A stretch of 56,895 bases of DNA from Octopus bimaculoides (taxonomy: Eukaryota), in contig NC_068981.1 in NCBI RefSeq assembly GCF_001194135.2, positions 44,406,478 through 44,463,372 on the forward strand, in the 5' to 3' direction. The notes beneath the pieces were generated by a model. That model saw only the letters and a program-made list of their open reading frames with translations, was not told where the DNA came from and searched no databases. Shown here piece after piece: positions 53,059-56,895 of the stretch. The first letter of the stretch is position 1. Each line of letters starts with the position of its first letter. Both the position numbers and the translations under genes were made by a program.

Positions 53059-53462
53059 AGGCGCAGTAGTGGCTGTGTGGTAAGTAGATTGCTTACCAAC
53101 CACATGGTTCCGGGTTCAGGCCCACTGCGTGGCAACATGGGAAAGTGTCTTCTACTATAACTTCGGGCCGACCAAAGTCTTGTGAGTGGATTTGGTAGAC
53201 AGAAATTGAAAGAAGCCCGTCGTATATATTTATATATATATGTCTATGTGTATATGTTAGTGTGTCTGTGTTTCTCCCCCCTAACATCGCCTGACAACCG
53301 ATGGTGGTGTGTTTGCGTCCCCGTAACTTAGCGGTTCGGCAAAAGTGACCGATAGCGTAAGTACTAGGCTTACAAAGAATAAGTCCTGGGGTCGATTTGC
53401 TCTACTAAATGCGGTGCTCTAGCATAACTGCAGTCAAATGACTGAAACGAGCAAAAGAGTAA
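53059..53462 (+). mobile_element. Full-length tRNA-headed SINE with internal (TA)/(TG) microsatellite
   Basis: A-box-like tggctgtgtggtaag, B-box-like gggttcaggccc, central microsatellite 53222-53270, 3' tail ...cagtcaaatgactgaaac. Confidence 0.9.
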
Positions 53463-53641
53463 TATATATTTGTGTGTATGTGTGTGCATCTATGTATATA
53501 TATACGTATGTGTTTGATTGTACACACACTCAGAGAAATGTGTATTCATATNNNNNNNNNNNNNNNNNNNNNNNNNNNNNNNNNNNNNNNNNNNNNNNNN
53601 NNNNNNNNNNNNNNNNNNNNNNNNNNNNNNNNNNNNNNNNN

Positions 53642-53673
<32 letters not shown>

Positions 53674-54329
53674 ATAATAACACACTGTGAATATTTTCGA
53701 GAGAAATTGTTGGCCAAGCGTTCGGTATTATTTCAGAAACGTATAAATTCAACACAAAGATATATTTCTTCTTCAAAGGACTCAAACAAATTGCAACAAA
53801 ATAACGGAAATTGAAAATAAGTAAACTGAATTATAATCCAACATTATAAATTACAGCTAAGTACAATGCAAATAAGAGTAACTTGCTCAAACACAAATAG
53901 AAAGTAAACATTTCTGAAAAATATATTCTCCAATATTTTTTTTTGCATTATAATATCGACAAGTATATATTTAATCATTTGCAAATAAACGGCTGCATAC
54001 TGTAGCACTTTACCGCCATCTTCTAAGCTCACTGTCGATATTGAATCACTAACTGTACTAGAATAGTGCACAGAATAACAAAAGAAAAACAAGATTTTAA
54101 GTAGTCATGAGATATTCCAGGAATAACTGCTAAATATCCTTCTCCTCAAAGTCTATTTTGTAAATAATCATGGTAGATATTTTCATAAGTATTCAATGTC
54201 TGAAAATAAATGAGGAAGCCATCCAGGAACACATTGACTGTTACTTGTTTGGAAGGGCTGTCTGCCTATGAAAGAATGATGATAGAGGTGTGAAATCTTG
54301 CATGCATTAATTTCAAATCCTTTTAATTA

Positions 54330-55345
54330 TAACTGTAGGTAAAGTGACAACTGAGTGTTGAAAGAAGACTTGAAAAGTATCTGGAAGTGACTTGTCATGA
54401 AAATAGACAAACTTTGGTATTGGGGTGTTAGCAATTAGCTGCAGAAAAACGGTTAATGCCGGAAGACTTTACACACTGATGTGGTTGCAACATTAGGTGA
54501 TAACGCTCCAGATTTACCAACAGTGATAATGTGGGCCAGTGAATTTTGGAGGAGAAGGGAGAGTCCTGAAGATGACTCAGTATCTAGATGTTCTACACCA
54601 CCGAGGAAACCATTGATCGTGTTCACCACATGGTGATGAATGACAAGCGATTGATTATAAAGCATTTACCCAATGCTATTAGTATATTCCATGAGAGAGT
54701 TGAGAACTTGGCATGACTAAGATTTCTGCTCAGTGGATTCAGTGTCTTCTGACATATGATCAAATGCGCATCAGTCTGATAAATTCACGGGGAAAATCTA
54801 ATGTTGTTTCAGCCAGATTTAGCTTAGTTTCTTTGAACGTTTCCTAACTCAGGTTGAGTGTTGGGTTAATCATTTTGCACCAGAGACGATGAGACAATTA
54901 ATGTAGAGGAAACACCCGCTCTTCACCTGCTTCATAGAAGGCCAAGGTCGTTTCGACTGCAGGAAAGGTGATAACCTCAGTTTGGGGGAGGGACACAAAA
55001 GGACCATGCCATCAACAAAGCATACTTTGCCAACTTGCTGATGCAATTACGAAAGGCTCTCAAAACCAAACGCCCAGAAAAACTGACAAAATGGGTCTAA
55101 TATCACGAGGAAAATTTCCAGCATACAATTCCTTCGTTTCAATGACTGCTATGTGTGACTGCGGTTTGAATTTGTCGACTGCCGTGCCTATTCTCCCGAT
55201 TTGACCCCATCTGGCTATCATCTGTTCTTCAACATGAAAAATCACATGGCCGTGATCCAGCGCCGCAGTGATGATGGCATAATAACTGCTGTTGATGACT
55301 TTTTGTGCAGCAGGATGAAAGCTTCTTCACCAAAATGCGGGCTTA
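54330..55345 (+). mobile_element. Degenerate mariner (DD34D-type) transposon, 3'-truncated
   Basis: MKIDKLWYWGV, VATLGDNAP, FLTQVECWVNHFAPET, KAKVVSTAGKVI, YSPDLTPSGYHLF, QDESFFT. Many frameshifts. Confidence 0.9.
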
Positions 55346-55818
55346 TATACATTTGGCAGCAATTGTTGGCAACAGCTCACCCTTCTTTGAGCTTGGGATT
55401 TGTTCAGTTTATGAGAAGCGTCTCGGCGTCGTCTATTCACAAGGCCGAGCTAATGGGCGTGTCGATTGATGGATTGCTTTTGTTTATGACCAAGTTCTGT
55501 TCACAAGGTACGAGTGCCTATGCTTGACTGTTACTCACCGATATCAAGTAAAGCTTCATCTTCCACAATAGAAGGTCTCTCGACAATTCCTGGGGCTTCC
55601 ACATCATTAAGTCCTTTTGCCGCAACCCTTCCACTCAATCCTTTTTTCGATAGGCAACCAAAACGGCTCTAATTGCAATATTTCACCACTCATTATCAAA
55701 CATGCAAAATAAAGAATGACATATTTGTTAGATGCGATTTGACAAGGTGTATCAAATTAATGATATTAAATGCGATACAAGCTACCAAATATCATTAGTG
55801 AAAATCCGAAAAGATCTT
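55346..55818 (-). mobile_element. Mariner 5' half (different family); outer end runs into a gap
   Basis: MSGEILQ..RAVLVAYRKKGLSGRVAAK.LNDVEAPG, RPSIVEDEALLDI, LGLVNRR...HKLNKSQAQRRVSCCQQLL. Confidence 0.8.
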
Positions 55819-55938
55819 NNNNNNNNNNNNNNNNNNNNNNNNNNNNNNNNNNNNNNNNNNNNNNNNNNNNNNNNNNNNNNNNNNNNNNNNNNNNNNNNNN
55901 NNNNNNNNNNNNNNNNNNNNNNNNNNNNNNNNNNNNNN

Positions 55939-55970
<32 letters not shown>

Positions 55971-56144
55971 GTGAAAGTATGTATGTATATATATAAGTAT
56001 AGAAAACTGGAACAAAAATGCAATACAAGACAATACAACATTCGGGCATATAGACGATACAAAGGCGGACAGGGGAAACAACAATTAGAGGGACAGGCAA
56101 AAAAAGATGGGTGATTCGTGGCCTTCTTTCCTCAGTCAAGTGCC

Positions 56145-56215
56145 AACAGGTATAACCGTTTCGGGCAGTTACACTTGAGACAGTTCGATCTGGTTGCCCT
56201 CAAAATAGTCTAAAC
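56145..56215 (-). ncRNA. Degenerate (probably inactive) type I hammerhead remnant
   Basis: Minus strand reads CTATTTTGA GGGCA-(27 nt)-TGCCC GAAA C-GGTT-A TA. Stem II and GAAAC are intact; the CUGANGA box and G16.2 are mutated. Confidence 0.45.
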
Positions 56216-56895
56216 TAAGAGCATTAAAACTTTTTGTAAGAAAGCTAGCGGATGGATACGGCAAAAGAGGCAAAAAACGGAGAACATGGTACACAATTAC
56301 AAGTACGAACACAAGAAAACAGCAAGTGTCTTTCGACTGAAAACGAATTAAACTGAGCTGGCGTGTATGAAATGAAAGCCTAAAGGCAATAACATAGGAG
56401 ACGGACATAGAGGCGTTGCGGTCAGCAGTCTGTATGTATATATACACATTAATACATACATACTTTCATATACATGTGTGAGTGTATTCAAATAATAAGT
56501 TTTACTCTGTACCTAAGGTTTCACTTGAATGTTTATTAATCTTGTGGCAAGAAGTTCTCTTTCTAATGTTTGTAAAGATAGAAAATATGAGGCTTCATCT
56601 TTCAAAATCGAAATTAAGGTATTAATCATAATTGTCGCATTGATTTTATAAATAAAATCGTTTAGGTTTTCGGCGTTAAATGTTAACATAAGTGACCTGA
56701 GGTAAAGAAATTAATAACATGAGGTAAAATTTAGAGAAATACCAATGGAGCTTTAAATAAATACACAAACATATGCACAAACATATAAACATGTAAACAC
56801 AAACACATACAGTAACATATAAACATATAAACATACGCAAACACATATACACACAATACACACACACACACACATATATATATATACATATATAT

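Noticed and set aside
1-56895. CRISPR arrays, rRNA, true tRNA genes, prokaryotic operons
   Set aside because: None seen. tRNA-like A/B boxes occur only as SINE heads without a full cloverleaf.

Overview
AT-rich eukaryotic intergenic or intronic DNA from a gapped short-read assembly. There are 13 N-runs, each bordered by a dinucleotide microsatellite. The SINE and LINE complement looks like octopus (coleoid cephalopod) DNA; this is recognised from memory and not database-checked. I could not identify any host protein-coding gene. The supplied ORFs are microsatellite or gap read-throughs, chance ORFs, or pieces of decayed transposons. Recognisable content: tRNA-headed SINEs; LINE remnants (R4/Dong-like RLE, RTE, CR1, Tx1); and Tc1/mariner remnants, including a DD37D/maT-like copy and a mariner with two 5' ends. 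The most interesting signal is non-coding: type I hammerhead ribozyme (HHR) motifs. One is complete and Schistosoma-like, at 74-132, inside a ~270-nt run of hairpins. A second has an intact core and a long stem II (21331-21439). A third is degenerate, on the minus strand (56145-56215). Together they suggest several families of ribozyme-bearing retroelements (Penelope-like pLTRs or retrozymes). Transposon boundaries are approximate because they were judged by eye.
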